A program made the translations under genes and the position numbers. Shown one piece after another: positions 28,739 to 38,640 of a DNA stretch of 64,000 bases. Each line of letters starts with the position of its first letter. Positions within the stretch are counted from its first letter, which is position 1. Under the pieces are notes generated by a model that was given only the letters and a program-made list of their open reading frames with translations, had not been told where the DNA came from and searched no databases. Source of the stretch: a virus (lineage: Duplodnaviria > Caudoviricetes); the IMG/VR virus record IMGVR_UViG_2687453420_000002, positions 35,126-99,125 of that record, one strand, 5' to 3'.

Positions 28739-29168
28739 ATATTAATATATTGTAAATAATCTAGATTTTAATTAAAATTAGTAAACTTTTTAAAAATTAT
28801 TGCATACACTGCTAATGTGTAGCGAGTGTTAAAGAGTGATAGCTCATTAACCGAGCGAAATATTAAGCAGTGAATATGGGATAAGTCTAGCCTTCTGACA
28901 GGCTTTATTTTTATCTCTTTTTAAAGCTTAGAGCTGTACTTTTACAGCCATGCAACCTCTCCTCTCGTCATCATTTTAACTTTTAATCTTCTGTTAAGTT
29001 TTCTCATGTAACTTAAGCTATTCCGTTCTAATTCTTTTAAAGATACATCGAAAAATCGATAATATCGGTTGTTATAAAAAAGTTCTACTTTATACCACTC
29101 GCTTTGCTTATAATTAACCATATGTTGTTACAATAGCATTTTTTTAATCTCATTTCCAAATTCATTAT

Positions 29169-29330
29169 TTAATCCTCCTCATATAAAATTTTTATTGGTA
29201 ATGTGCCTTTAAGAATATCCTTAACCACTGCTCCTGGATTAGTAAATTCTAATAGTTTGCCATATAATTTTAATTCTTTTATGTCAGATTTTTTAAATTC
29301 TAATACTACTCTTAACCTATCTGCCATCAT
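29169..29330 (-). CDS. ~54-aa ribbon-helix-helix-like protein (not in ORF track)
   Basis: AGGGGG RBS; RRVVLEFKKSD...LYGKLLEFTNPGAVVKDILKG. Confidence 0.6.
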   Translation of the reverse strand: MMADRLRVVLEFKKSDIKELKLYGKLLEFTNPGAVVKDILKGTLPIKILYEED

Positions 29331-29451
29331 TGTCGCCCCCTGTATTATTTCTCGTCATCTTAATACATAGTATTCATATTTTCTGAATTTGATACCATCT
29401 ATTTTAATTTTTTTCTGAAAACATGAATTTAAAGCATAAAAAAATATGGCA

Positions 29452-29652
29452 CTATTCTAAATACCATATTTCATCTGTCTTTTTATTTAATTTTTTAGCT
29501 ATGATAAAAGCTAATTCTAGTTTTGGATTGCAAACTCCGCTTTCCCACTGGCAATAAGTCGTATTTGCTATTTTAAGCATTTTCGCAAATTCTTTTTGCC
29601 CCAACATGTACTCGGTCATTCTTATTTCTTTTAATCTATTTTTAAGTGCCAC
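29452..29652 (-). CDS. XRE HTH regulator
   Basis: LKNRLKEIR...YCQWESG..NPKLE; sigH-like promoter near 29698-29725. Confidence 0.85.
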   Translation of the reverse strand: MALKNRLKEIRMTEYMLGQKEFAKMLKIANTTYCQWESGVCNPKLELAFIIAKKLNKKTDEIWYLE

Positions 29653-29772
29653 ACTATCACCTCAACATCAAAATGTACACTAATTATTATATTGTATATT
29701 CTATTTCAATTTACTAATTCCCTTTATATGTTTAAAATTTATATTAATGTAAATAATTAAGATGGTGATAAT

Positions 29773-29862
29773 ATGAAAAGTAAAATAAGAATAGACTTAT
29801 GTATAACAATAACTTTTATAATGATGGTATGTATATGTATACCTCTATTGTTCAAAAAATAA
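29773..29862 (+). CDS. 29-aa single-TM peptide, type I toxin-like
   Basis: GGTGA RBS; MKSKIRIDLCITITFIMMVCICIPLLFKK. Confidence 0.45.
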   Translation: MKSKIRIDLCITITFIMMVCICIPLLFKK

Positions 29863-29964
29863 AAAAGGTAACTCCAATTAAGGAATTGTTTTTGATTGAA
29901 ATATCTATATCTTGGATATAATAAAAATGCCGAAAACTATACCAATCTATATATAAAAATCCAC

Positions 29965-29998
29965 AAAAAAGAACCCTATTTATTGGGGTTCTTTTTTT
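29965..29998. terminator. Bidirectional intrinsic terminator
   Basis: gaaccct/ggggttc stem with A and T tails; near copy at 32222-32252. Confidence 0.75.
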
Positions 29999-30368
29999 GG
30001 GAGATATACGTTTAGCTTATCGCAAACTATTATATTTAATTAATATTCTACATATGTTAAAAAATTCCTTTAAAATTAAAAAATGATAGCTATAGCATAA
30101 GCTATTATTTATCTATATGTAACTATTTTAATAATAACTACCTACTGGAACATTTTTTACTAAATCAACTTTCAAATTTATGTGTTTCTGTACTAAATTT
30201 TTATACAACTATTATAATAAATGAATATCAATAATACACATGTTATTTTTTAACACGAAAGTTTTTCTCCTTTATACTAGCATTATATACATTCTAAATT
30301 AATATATTTAGAATATAGGTCTTAAAACTAAAGTTACTTAAAATTTAAATATAAAAGGAGGAAAATTA

Positions 30369-31493
30369 ATGAATTTAAAATTTAAAAGTGTGTTTTCTAT
30401 TTTTATTACTATAATGATTGTATTCTTATTAAATTCAATAGCATATGCAGAAGATACCAACGGAGTTTCTTCATATACTCCTATTAGAGGAAAAGTTTTA
30501 AAAGTTATAAAAGAATATGATGAAATTCAAGGTCAAGGCAAAGAATCTGAAAAACTTAAAGTGCAAAATTTACAAATTGAAATATTAGAAGGAAAATATA
30601 GAGGTAAGAAAGTATTTATAGATAACCACATATCTACTTCCAAACAAAATGGTACATGCTATGCAAATAACGATGAAGTCCTTTTAATCGTGGAACCTGG
30701 AGAAAAGGGTGAAATATCATCTGTAAGTATTTATCAATTCGCAAGGGACAAGTATTTAAAATATTTTTTAATAAGTTTTTGTATAATAATGGTTTTAATT
30801 GGAAGATGGAAAGGAATAAAATCTTTATTAACCTTAGCTATTACTGTATTTTTTATTGTGAATGTATTCTTAAAATATATTTTAAAGGGATATAATCCAT
30901 TCATGATTTCTATTTTTGTATGTATATGCATTACTACTGTCACTTTCGTAATAGTAAGTGGCATAAACAGAAAAACCATATCTGTTATATTAGGAACTAC
31001 TGGTGGGGTCATGATCGCAGAACTAATAGCTGTCTTTGTAGGTAATTTATGCAAAATAAATGCCATAAGTTCTGAAGAAGCCCAGGTACTTTTATATTCT
31101 AATCTAAATAATCCATTAAATTTTAAAAATATTTTTTTTGCTACAGTACTTATAGGTGCTTTAGGTGCTGTAATGGATGTAAGTATGTCCATATCTTCTT
31201 CTATGAGCGAAATAAGAGAAGCTAATGGAAATATAAGTACTGCAAAATTAATGAAATCAGGCATGAATATAGGAAGAGATATAATGGGCACAATGTCTAA
31301 TACTTTAGTACTTGCCTATGCCAGTGGTGCAACTTTTCTTATTTTAAGTTGTATGGCCAATGGAGTTACTTTATTAGATATGATAAACCAAGATATGATA
31401 ACATGCGAAATAATAAAAACCTTATCTGGTAGTATAGGCTTAATATTCACTATACCCTTTACTGTTATTATAAGTGGTATATTAGATAGATAA
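30369..31493 (+). CDS. YibE/F-family membrane protein, moron
   Basis: IGALGAVMDVSMSISS and GRDIMGTMSNTLVLAY. Confidence 0.88.
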   Translation: MNLKFKSVFSIFITIMIVFLLNSIAYAEDTNGVSSYTPIRGKVLKVIKEYDEIQGQGKESEKLKVQNLQIEILEGKYRGKKVFIDNHISTSKQNGTCYANNDEVLLIVEPGEKGEISSVSIYQFARDKYLKYFLISFCIIMVLIGRWKGIKSLLTLAITVFFIVNVFLKYILKGYNPFMISIFVCICITTVTFVIVSGINRKTISVILGTTGGVMIAELIAVFVGNLCKINAISSEEAQVLLYSNLNNPLNFKNIFFATVLIGALGAVMDVSMSISSSMSEIREANGNISTAKLMKSGMNIGRDIMGTMSNTLVLAYASGATFLILSCMANGVTLLDMINQDMITCEIIKTLSGSIGLIFTIPFTVIISGILDR

Positions 31494-31761
31494 AAATCAA
31501 AAACTTACTTGAATTACATATTAAATTGTGTGCATAATTTAATATGTATTGGTTAATCTTGTTATAAAAATATGTTATACATAAGGTAAAAGGGCTGCAC
31601 CCATTTTTGAGCACAGCCTCTTATTTTAAGTTTTATTTATCAAAATATGTAATATATTTTCATGAACTTAAGCAGAAATTTCTCCATTAATTTATTAATT
31701 GTAGAATCATTTCCTTTTTAAGCTTATACAAATTTAATTATCTATATAATTACTCCTAAAT

Positions 31762-32154
31762 TTAACAAGAAACCCCATCTACCTCATCATTATTTTTTTC
31801 AATAGTAATTATAAGTTTATGGGGAAGGCAAGCTGCTGTTTCCCCAGGTTTTCTCAATACTCCTGATTTTATACAAATCTTATTACGACAATTTGCTTCT
31901 ATAAATCTAATAGATCCCTTATCTACTTCTATAATATTATACCCTCTATAGCTACCTTCACTATAGTTAATTCTGAATTGTCTTTTTTCTTTTACTTTAG
32001 ATAAATCAATTTTTTCTATAATTTTACCATCCTGCTTTATTACAGCTACAGCCTTTTCAGATTTTGAAAAGAATTTAAAGAAAATTACACTTACTATACT
32101 TAAAACCAATAATGTAGTAACTATATACATTACTATTTTATCACCTTTTTTCAT
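31762..32154 (-). CDS. NusG domain II-containing exported protein, moron
   Basis: MKKGD + TM; ANCRNKICIKSG...ACLPHKLII. Confidence 0.85.
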   Translation of the reverse strand: MKKGDKIVMYIVTTLLVLSIVSVIFFKFFSKSEKAVAVIKQDGKIIEKIDLSKVKEKRQFRINYSEGSYRGYNIIEVDKGSIRFIEANCRNKICIKSGVLRKPGETAACLPHKLIITIEKNNDEVDGVSC

Positions 32155-32378
32155 TAGCCCCCTCCTATTAAACTATAAATATAATCAATATATTACATCA
32201 ATCCATATAAAAAATCCATACAAAAAAGAACCCTATTTATTAGGGTTCTTTTCTTAAGCAAGGAGGTTGTCTAAATTATTGGTAAGCCGTTATATTTAAT
32301 ATTCTATAAATATTAAAAAATTCCTTCAAATAATGAAAGAAGATGGTAGCTCCAATTAAGGAACTACCACCTTAAAAT

Positions 32379-32468
32379 CTATTTTAAATTCCTAAATAAA
32401 GCTTTCCATGTTTCTCTTCCTACAATACCATCTGCTGATAGATTATAGTCTACTTGGAATGCTTTTAT
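32379..32468 (-). pseudogene. Relic of an endolysin 3' end
   Basis: Translates IKAFQVDYNLSADGIVGRETWKALFRNLK*. Confidence 0.8.
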
Positions 32469-32471
32469 ACT

Positions 32472-33392
32472 TTAGTTATTATACATTAATTTCCTTATAA
32501 TGTTAATATCTTTTCCTGCCAGTTTAGGTTGTCTAATTTTGGGATATAATTCTTTTAAACGTTCATGAATTTGTTCGTAACTTTTACCATCCTCCATCAT
32601 ATAAGCAACTCTACCTTCTATTTTTCTTATATCCTCAATATCTTCCATACACAAATAATTTCTAACAGTATCAGAATTTTTTAATTGCACTCCTAAAAAG
32701 GCTTCTATTTGTTTAGCAGTCATACCAAATATTATTTTGTAAATGTAGTTAGTTTCTTTGGCGTAAGCGTTTGTCCAAGAATTACTCGGATCATGTTCTA
32801 AATCTCCTCTATCTATAAAATATTTAATAGTGTCAGTAGTGCGTTTTCTTTCTTTCTTTCCTAACAATCGTAACATATACTGTTCTGTATCTTCACTATT
32901 TAATACTAATTCTTTCATTCTAAAATAATCTCTTATTACCCTTTTATAAATTATTTTAGAACGGGTATCCTTCATTAAATTAATTAATAATGAATACCCT
33001 TGCTCAGATAATATATATAAGTTTTTGGCCCTGTTTACAGAATTTTGTGTATATACTTTATTTTTCACTAAATTTCTGATTATTTTTTTGTGGTCGTTTG
33101 AAACGTCCTCGGATTTTAAATCTATAATATCTATGCCGAATTCAAAATAAGTATCTCCACTTTCAAGAATTATATTATTATTTATTAATTCATTAATTCT
33201 TTTTATCTTTGTTTTTATCTCCTCTTTATTATTAGTATTATCAACATGCAATGAGGCTATTTGCGGAACTGTAAGTATTTTTTGGCCCCGTCCAAACCCA
33301 CCATATAACTCCTTTATTTTGATATTAACATCAGCTATTGAAACTTCATTTCCTGTGTATGTTATATCCCATTTCAATTGTTTTCCTTGCAT
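32472..33392 (-). CDS. Antirepressor-like (ORF6N-type) DNA-binding protein, moron
   Basis: GGFGRGQK.L..QIA.LH...INELIN; LYILSEQGYSLLINLM. Confidence 0.7.
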   Translation of the reverse strand: MQGKQLKWDITYTGNEVSIADVNIKIKELYGGFGRGQKILTVPQIASLHVDNTNNKEEIKTKIKRINELINNNIILESGDTYFEFGIDIIDLKSEDVSNDHKKIIRNLVKNKVYTQNSVNRAKNLYILSEQGYSLLINLMKDTRSKIIYKRVIRDYFRMKELVLNSEDTEQYMLRLLGKKERKRTTDTIKYFIDRGDLEHDPSNSWTNAYAKETNYIYKIIFGMTAKQIEAFLGVQLKNSDTVRNYLCMEDIEDIRKIEGRVAYMMEDGKSYEQIHERLKELYPKIRQPKLAGKDINIIRKLMYNN

Positions 33393-33552
33393 AGCATTTT
33401 ACCTCCATAAATTCAAAGTAATTGTATTATAACTTATTTATGGAATATATTAAATATATTTTACAATATCCTATATAAATTTAATATTTATGATGAATAT
33501 AGATTTTAGGATATTAAGTATATTTAAAATTAAGGAAATACCTTCTTTTTAC

Positions 33553-34371
33553 TTACTTTAGATTTCTAAATAAGGCTTTCCATGTTTCTTTTCCCACAAT
33601 TCCATCTGCTGATAGATTACAATCTTTCTGTAGTGCTTTTATTGCTGTTACTGTACCATTACCGAATACACCATCAGCACCGTAGCTACCTACTGGATAA
33701 CCTATGTTAATGAGCATTTGTTGTATTATTTTGGTTATCCCACCTTTAGCACCTTGTCTACAAACAGGACTTGCATTTAATGTTGCATCTCCTGCTATAC
33801 CATCTACTGCAACATTCCCAAAACCTTGTTTATTTATTTCTTGCTGCAATTGGCTAATTAAATTATGTTTTTTACCATAAATGTTATTATTGGGAGTAGG
33901 CTTATTATAAGTTACATTACTATTATAACTTTGTCCATTAATTGCTTTAAGCATATCTTGTAAAGGGAAGTTTTTACCTGGGCATGCAGTATTATAATAT
34001 TTTTTATGACCCCCAACTTCTGTTATACTATGTTGCTTTTTTAGATATTGTATAAGTTCAACCCCTGCATTAAATTGCCCCTGCGGCATAGAAGTATCTC
34101 TTTCATAATTCCCTTCAAAACACACTCCAATACTAGAGTTGTTTTGACCATAACAATTTGCACTTGCACAGTTTAAGGGTCTACCCTCCCATACACTACC
34201 ATCTTTTCTAATATAATAATTATAACCTATCATGCTATAACCCATATTTCGCATAAGATTATTTAAATTTTCTACAGCCCCATAAAATTCTGGGTGATGG
34301 ATTATTATTTTATTAGGATTATTATATCCTGTTAACGCTCCATGTGGTAAGTTTACTTTATTAATTTTCAT
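33553..34371 (-). CDS. Endolysin (Amidase_2 plus peptidoglycan-binding domains)
   Basis: IIIHH, IGYNYYIRKDG, IGVCFEG, TACPG; GADGVFG repeats. Confidence 0.92.
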   Translation of the reverse strand: MKINKVNLPHGALTGYNNPNKIIIHHPEFYGAVENLNNLMRNMGYSMIGYNYYIRKDGSVWEGRPLNCASANCYGQNNSSIGVCFEGNYERDTSMPQGQFNAGVELIQYLKKQHSITEVGGHKKYYNTACPGKNFPLQDMLKAINGQSYNSNVTYNKPTPNNNIYGKKHNLISQLQQEINKQGFGNVAVDGIAGDATLNASPVCRQGAKGGITKIIQQMLINIGYPVGSYGADGVFGNGTVTAIKALQKDCNLSADGIVGKETWKALFRNLK

Positions 34372-34410
34372 ATTAAATGCCTCCTAAAATTTAATTAAAA
34401 AAGAACAGGT

Positions 34411-34605
34411 TTATTCCTGCTCTTTACTTTCCTTTACTGCTTGTCTAGCTGAACTTTGTCCAAAATAAAACCCTATTATTAATGTAAATACACTCAAAAA
34501 TTCTGTACTTGATAAGTTTCCTTTTGTACTTAAAATACAAAATACTATAGTAGTTAATAATGCTATAATCTTTTTTATCTGTAAAAATTGTTTTAGAAAC
34601 TCCAT
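34411..34605 (-). CDS. Holin-like two-TM protein
   Basis: IIGFYFGQS motif; directly upstream of endolysin; RBS supports MEFLK start. Confidence 0.75.
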   Translation of the reverse strand: MEFLKQFLQIKKIIALLTTIVFCILSTKGNLSSTEFLSVFTLIIGFYFGQSSARQAVKESKEQE

Positions 34606-34618
34606 ACAATCACTCCTT

Positions 34619-34873
34619 CTATTTAAATAAATTGTGCTGAATTGCATAAAAAAAGAAGCTTACCAAAGCTCCTACCGATAATCCTACATACCACTTCATA
34701 ATACCTATAAGTTGTTTTAATTGGTCACAAAGATTTTCAATCTTAGTATCTGTCCTAGATTGGTTTTGTTCTATTTTATCAATTCTTTTTCCATGATCGT
34801 TAAGTCTAATATCATGTACATTTATTTTTTCTTCTATCCTTTTATGTTTTTCTTCGCAAATTTTTAATTCCAC
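34619..34873 (-). CDS. xhlA: XhlA-family hemolysin/holin
   Basis: Coiled coil RLNDHGKRIDKIE plus C-terminal TM. Confidence 0.85.
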   Translation of the reverse strand: MELKICEEKHKRIEEKINVHDIRLNDHGKRIDKIEQNQSRTDTKIENLCDQLKQLIGIMKWYVGLSVGALVSFFFYAIQHNLFK

Positions 34874-34965
34874 ATTGCACCTCCAGTAATTAAAAATAAA
34901 AACTCCTAACCTTTATTTGTTAAGAGCTTTTATTTTTGCTATACTATTTTATTATGTTTCTTAAT

Positions 34966-35397
34966 TTATTTTGCTGCCGCAACTTCACTTAAAGCTTCTG
35001 CATTAACTTTCAGTATTTCATCTATTGAAGTATTTTTTTGTAGCACAGTATTATTCTTTTTAAAATCATAGAAACTTTCAATAATATTTTCTAATTCCAA
35101 TGGAAATATTTTTCTACCATTGTTTAATAAAAAGTGTTTTAGCCTACTATCTTTCTCTATTATATATAACGCATCTAATTTAACAAAACTTGGTTTTAAA
35201 AAAGGTGGATTATATTTATTTATTCTTTTATTAGATTTAAATCCTAATTTATGTTCTTTATTTTTGGAACTTGAAACATTCAAAACTTTAATTTTCTTTT
35301 CAGAAACTTCAATTACTAAAAATGGTCTTTTTTTAGTAATCCTCTCCCCGTCTGCATAATCCATTTCTAATAATAAACCTTGGCCGCACTTTATCAT
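34966..35397 (-). CDS. PemK/MazF-like toxin
   Basis: KKRPFLVI and PPFLKPSFVKLD; follows the Panacea gene. Confidence 0.7.
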   Translation of the reverse strand: MIKCGQGLLLEMDYADGERITKKRPFLVIEVSEKKIKVLNVSSSKNKEHKLGFKSNKRINKYNPPFLKPSFVKLDALYIIEKDSRLKHFLLNNGRKIFPLELENIIESFYDFKKNNTVLQKNTSIDEILKVNAEALSEVAAAK

Positions 35398-36069
35398 CTA
35401 ATATATTACCAAACCTTGTTTATCATCCATATATAAGGAGTACGCATTTTCATCAGCAGGGAACTTAGAAAGAACATCCATTATATTATCATTTAAATCT
35501 ATTTCATTAGGATTAAAAAAGTATTTAACATTGTTAATTTCAATAAATTTTTCCGTTTCACTGTCATAATTTTTATTTTCATAATAAGCGGATAAAATAC
35601 TTTTAATTAATTCTAAATCTTCTTGATAATTAGTCAATATATCCTCTACAGGAATTTTGCTTTCTTCTTTCATATACCAATTATCATTTTTAGATTTATT
35701 ATAGTAATCATTCCAACAAGCATGTTCATGTGTTAATTGTGAAAGTTCATCTGCATCAACATTTCCAAATATTTCACTTCCAATTTTTAATATTTCTTTT
35801 TCTTCTTCAGTAAAACTTTCTTTAAATAATTTAGCATCTTTTTTAAGTTGAGAATAGTTGCAATAATACTCTTTTCTTACACTCTCTATTACTACTCCAT
35901 TCTTAAATGCATATAAATCATCATTAAATAATGGCTTATCATTTTTAACTAAGCTAATTAGTTGAGAAAAATATAATAATTTATTCAACTTCATATTTCC
36001 TTCAAAAGAATTAGAAAAGCCATCATTATTGTTAATAAACCATTTTGCAATTTCTATGGCTTTACTCAT
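35398..36069 (-). CDS. Panacea (DUF4065/SocA) antitoxin
   Basis: IAKWFI...NMKLNKLLYFSQ...LYAFKNGVV...LSQLTHE..CW. Confidence 0.85.
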   Translation of the reverse strand: MSKAIEIAKWFINNNDGFSNSFEGNMKLNKLLYFSQLISLVKNDKPLFNDDLYAFKNGVVIESVRKEYYCNYSQLKKDAKLFKESFTEEEKEILKIGSEIFGNVDADELSQLTHEHACWNDYYNKSKNDNWYMKEESKIPVEDILTNYQEDLELIKSILSAYYENKNYDSETEKFIEINNVKYFFNPNEIDLNDNIMDVLSKFPADENAYSLYMDDKQGLVIY

Positions 36070-36180
36070 AATAAGTCCCCCTATCTCTCAATTAATTAAC
36101 TTAATTGTATCACATTATGTGACATTTTTGTAAAGTAATTTTACCTTTATAAATTTATTTTGTTATGTCGTCTTATTTAT

Positions 36181-36303
36181 CTATTGCGTCTTAATTATAT
36201 TTTCTTTCTCTTCTATAGTTATCCATTTTGCTTGTACAAAAATATCTAAATCTTCTTCCACATATAATCCCATTAAAAAATATTCTTTAATATAACTAAG
36301 CAT
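36181..36303 (-). CDS. xkdX: XkdX-family protein (40 aa, not in ORF track)
   Basis: IKEYFLMGLY.EEDLDIFVQAKWITIEEKENI. Confidence 0.8.
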   Translation of the reverse strand: MLSYIKEYFLMGLYVEEDLDIFVQAKWITIEEKENIIKTQ

Positions 36304-36688
36304 TTGCATTACCTCCTAATTGTGCTATTTTTAATAATAAATCTGCATTTAATTCTTTCTGTTTATTTAATTCTATTTGTATCTCTGCATTATCTTTAAG
36401 CAATTTTGCATTTAAGGATTGTTGTTTCTGTTGTTCTAATTCTTCATCAGATTTTAGAACATCTTCATATTCATAGAATATTTGTTTATCTGCAGGATTC
36501 CAATACATTATAGCTTGTTTATTTTCTATATACTTTGGTTCTGGTATATTTTCTATAAGAATTCCTTCTTGTTCTAATTCTTCTTTTGTCTTGTGTAGAC
36601 CATAAACATTGTCAAAAGGCATATAATGCATAAATTTTGCCTTAATTTTATTTTCTTCAATCTTTTTTAGTTCACCTAAAAATATCAT
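36296..36688 (-). CDS. Tail fibre-associated/chaperone protein
   Basis: HYMPFD..YGL.KTKEELEQEGIL; between tail fibre and xkdX. Confidence 0.7.
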   Translation of the reverse strand: MIFLGELKKIEENKIKAKFMHYMPFDNVYGLHKTKEELEQEGILIENIPEPKYIENKQAIMYWNPADKQIFYEYEDVLKSDEELEQQKQQSLNAKLLKDNAEIQIELNKQKELNADLLLKIAQLGGNANA

Positions 36689-36720
36689 AATTTCTACCTC
36701 CTATATTAATTGATATACTA

Positions 36721-38640
36721 TTATACTAAAACTTTATAAGCTAGCGTGGTTTTATTAATAACATTGTTATTATAAAAATATATACAACCATCTTTATCTG
36801 ATCCTAAAAAATGATCATCTGTACAGTTATAAGAACAGATAATATTACCATTTTTATTTATTTTATGAAGTATACTACCTGTATAAATATATAAATATTT
36901 TCTTAAAAAATCTAATTCAATATATTTACAGTTTGAACCAATCTGTTCTGTTTTATTTGTTTTAATATTATATCTCCATATTTTTTTATTAGAATCATAA
37001 CAATATACATATTCACCCAACATTACACTATTTGATTCATAAGGTAATGATTTTTTTTCTAATTTAGTTATATCACCATTTACATTAATTTTATAATAAC
37101 TACCACTTGAATAATTAGAACTGATATAAAAATCAGTTCCATCTGAAAATATATTTGAAAAGTCATATTTAGTGTTCCATCCAAATAAACATTTACTCCA
37201 TATAACATTTGCATAACTTAAACTAAATAAAAAAACTTCTCCACTATATTCATTATATCCACAACAAATTCCATCATTATTTATTGCAACTCCACCATAA
37301 CCATAATAACTATAAGCTCCCTGGCCTCCAAAGTCATAAGCCGATATTCGTTCAATATCACAAGTTTCTGCATATACTCTATAATAATATTCTCCGCTAT
37401 GTTTTAATCCTTTATTAAAAATATAAAAAGAATTATTATGGAAAAAGATTTTATAAATATCATCAAAATAAGTATAATAACCTGAGCTAAAACCGTTATG
37501 ATCTATTTTCTTCGATAATATTAAATTCCCATCTAAACTATATTTCTTTATAGAATCCTTCCAATTAATTACATATATATAATCTTTTATAAAAAATAGC
37601 ATACCAGAATCCATATTTTTAGAAAAAATATTTTTTATTGAGAATTCTACATTCTCAATATTTATCAAATCATTTTGTGTATACCCTGTTTTTATATTTT
37701 TAATTTTATTTGATAAAGTATCATATGAATCGCTACCACTTGCTGGTATACCTTTGCCAGTAATAGCAGTAGCTACTTTAGTTTTTCCATTACTGGCAGA
37801 TATAAAAAGCTCATTTATGGAACTTTTTATATCCTTAGCATTTGTTTTTAGTTTTTCTGTTCCAATTTCTGTCGCAATATCATCCAATTGCGAAGTTGTA
37901 GATTGCTCTAACTTATCTATATTATCCTGTATTGTATCTATAGAATCTTTATTTTTATTAATTAAATTTAATAGATTACCCGCTGCATCTCCGCTTAGTA
38001 TTTCTTTAATTCCATCAAACCATATCTTAAAATCTGTTTCTAAATTTTTTCTTATGTTTTGTAATTCTTCTTCTGTTTTCCCTGTTATATTTTTATACCA
38101 TTCTAAATACTGATTAAATATTGTTGTTGTATCAACCTGATCTACTATACCATGTACTATTCCACACACTTCTTTATTAAGTCTTAAGTCTGTTATATCA
38201 ACTTGCGTTACACTTATAGATCCAGCATTAACTTTTATATCTGCTAATCCTAATTCATACATATCAGCATCTCTGGTCAATTGCGGTGCTTTAGGTTCAC
38301 TAGCAAACTCCCCTTTTTTTATTTTTGCTCTTATTTCTCTTTCAACAACATCATATCGTAATACTATCTTATCTATTCTATGCAATACACCATCTGCAAC
38401 ATCTATAGGTAAAATTAAATCATCTGTGTTTTCATACTTATAGCCATTAATCCAAGCCTTGCCTGGCTTAACTATTACCTGCATTTTATCCGTTCCTATT
38501 ACCTGTAAATTTGTAGATGGGTTAGGAAACACACCATTTCCAATAAAACTAGCAAAATACTCTGCATAATTTTCTGCCTTATATACCCTATCCCATGTAT
38601 CACCTACTTTCATAGCATTAAAAAAACCTGATTTCTCCAT
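36721..38640 (-). CDS. Baseplate/tail fibre (receptor-binding) protein
   Basis: Conserved N-terminus SGFFN...FIGNGVF...ITDLR; Tyr/Asn-rich C-terminus. Confidence 0.8.
   Translation of the reverse strand: MEKSGFFNAMKVGDTWDRVYKAENYAEYFASFIGNGVFPNPSTNLQVIGTDKMQVIVKPGKAWINGYKYENTDDLILPIDVADGVLHRIDKIVLRYDVVEREIRAKIKKGEFASEPKAPQLTRDADMYELGLADIKVNAGSISVTQVDITDLRLNKEVCGIVHGIVDQVDTTTIFNQYLEWYKNITGKTEEELQNIRKNLETDFKIWFDGIKEILSGDAAGNLLNLINKNKDSIDTIQDNIDKLEQSTTSQLDDIATEIGTEKLKTNAKDIKSSINELFISASNGKTKVATAITGKGIPASGSDSYDTLSNKIKNIKTGYTQNDLINIENVEFSIKNIFSKNMDSGMLFFIKDYIYVINWKDSIKKYSLDGNLILSKKIDHNGFSSGYYTYFDDIYKIFFHNNSFYIFNKGLKHSGEYYYRVYAETCDIERISAYDFGGQGAYSYYGYGGVAINNDGICCGYNEYSGEVFLFSLSYANVIWSKCLFGWNTKYDFSNIFSDGTDFYISSNYSSGSYYKINVNGDITKLEKKSLPYESNSVMLGEYVYCYDSNKKIWRYNIKTNKTEQIGSNCKYIELDFLRKYLYIYTGSILHKINKNGNIICSYNCTDDHFLGSDKDGCIYFYNNNVINKTTLAYKVLV

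Noticed and set aside
28945-29165. Possible small gene upstream of the ATPase module
   Set aside because: RBS and ATG are present but the frame stops after 12 codons and appears broken again downstream; too degraded to call.
31515-31548. 34-bp palindrome resembling a dif XerC arm
   Set aside because: No XerD arm; more likely a terminator or processing hairpin between convergent genes.
36721-38640. Diversity-generating retroelement or invertible tail-fibre system
   Set aside because: No reverse transcriptase, template repeat or inverted alternative fibre ends were seen in the window.
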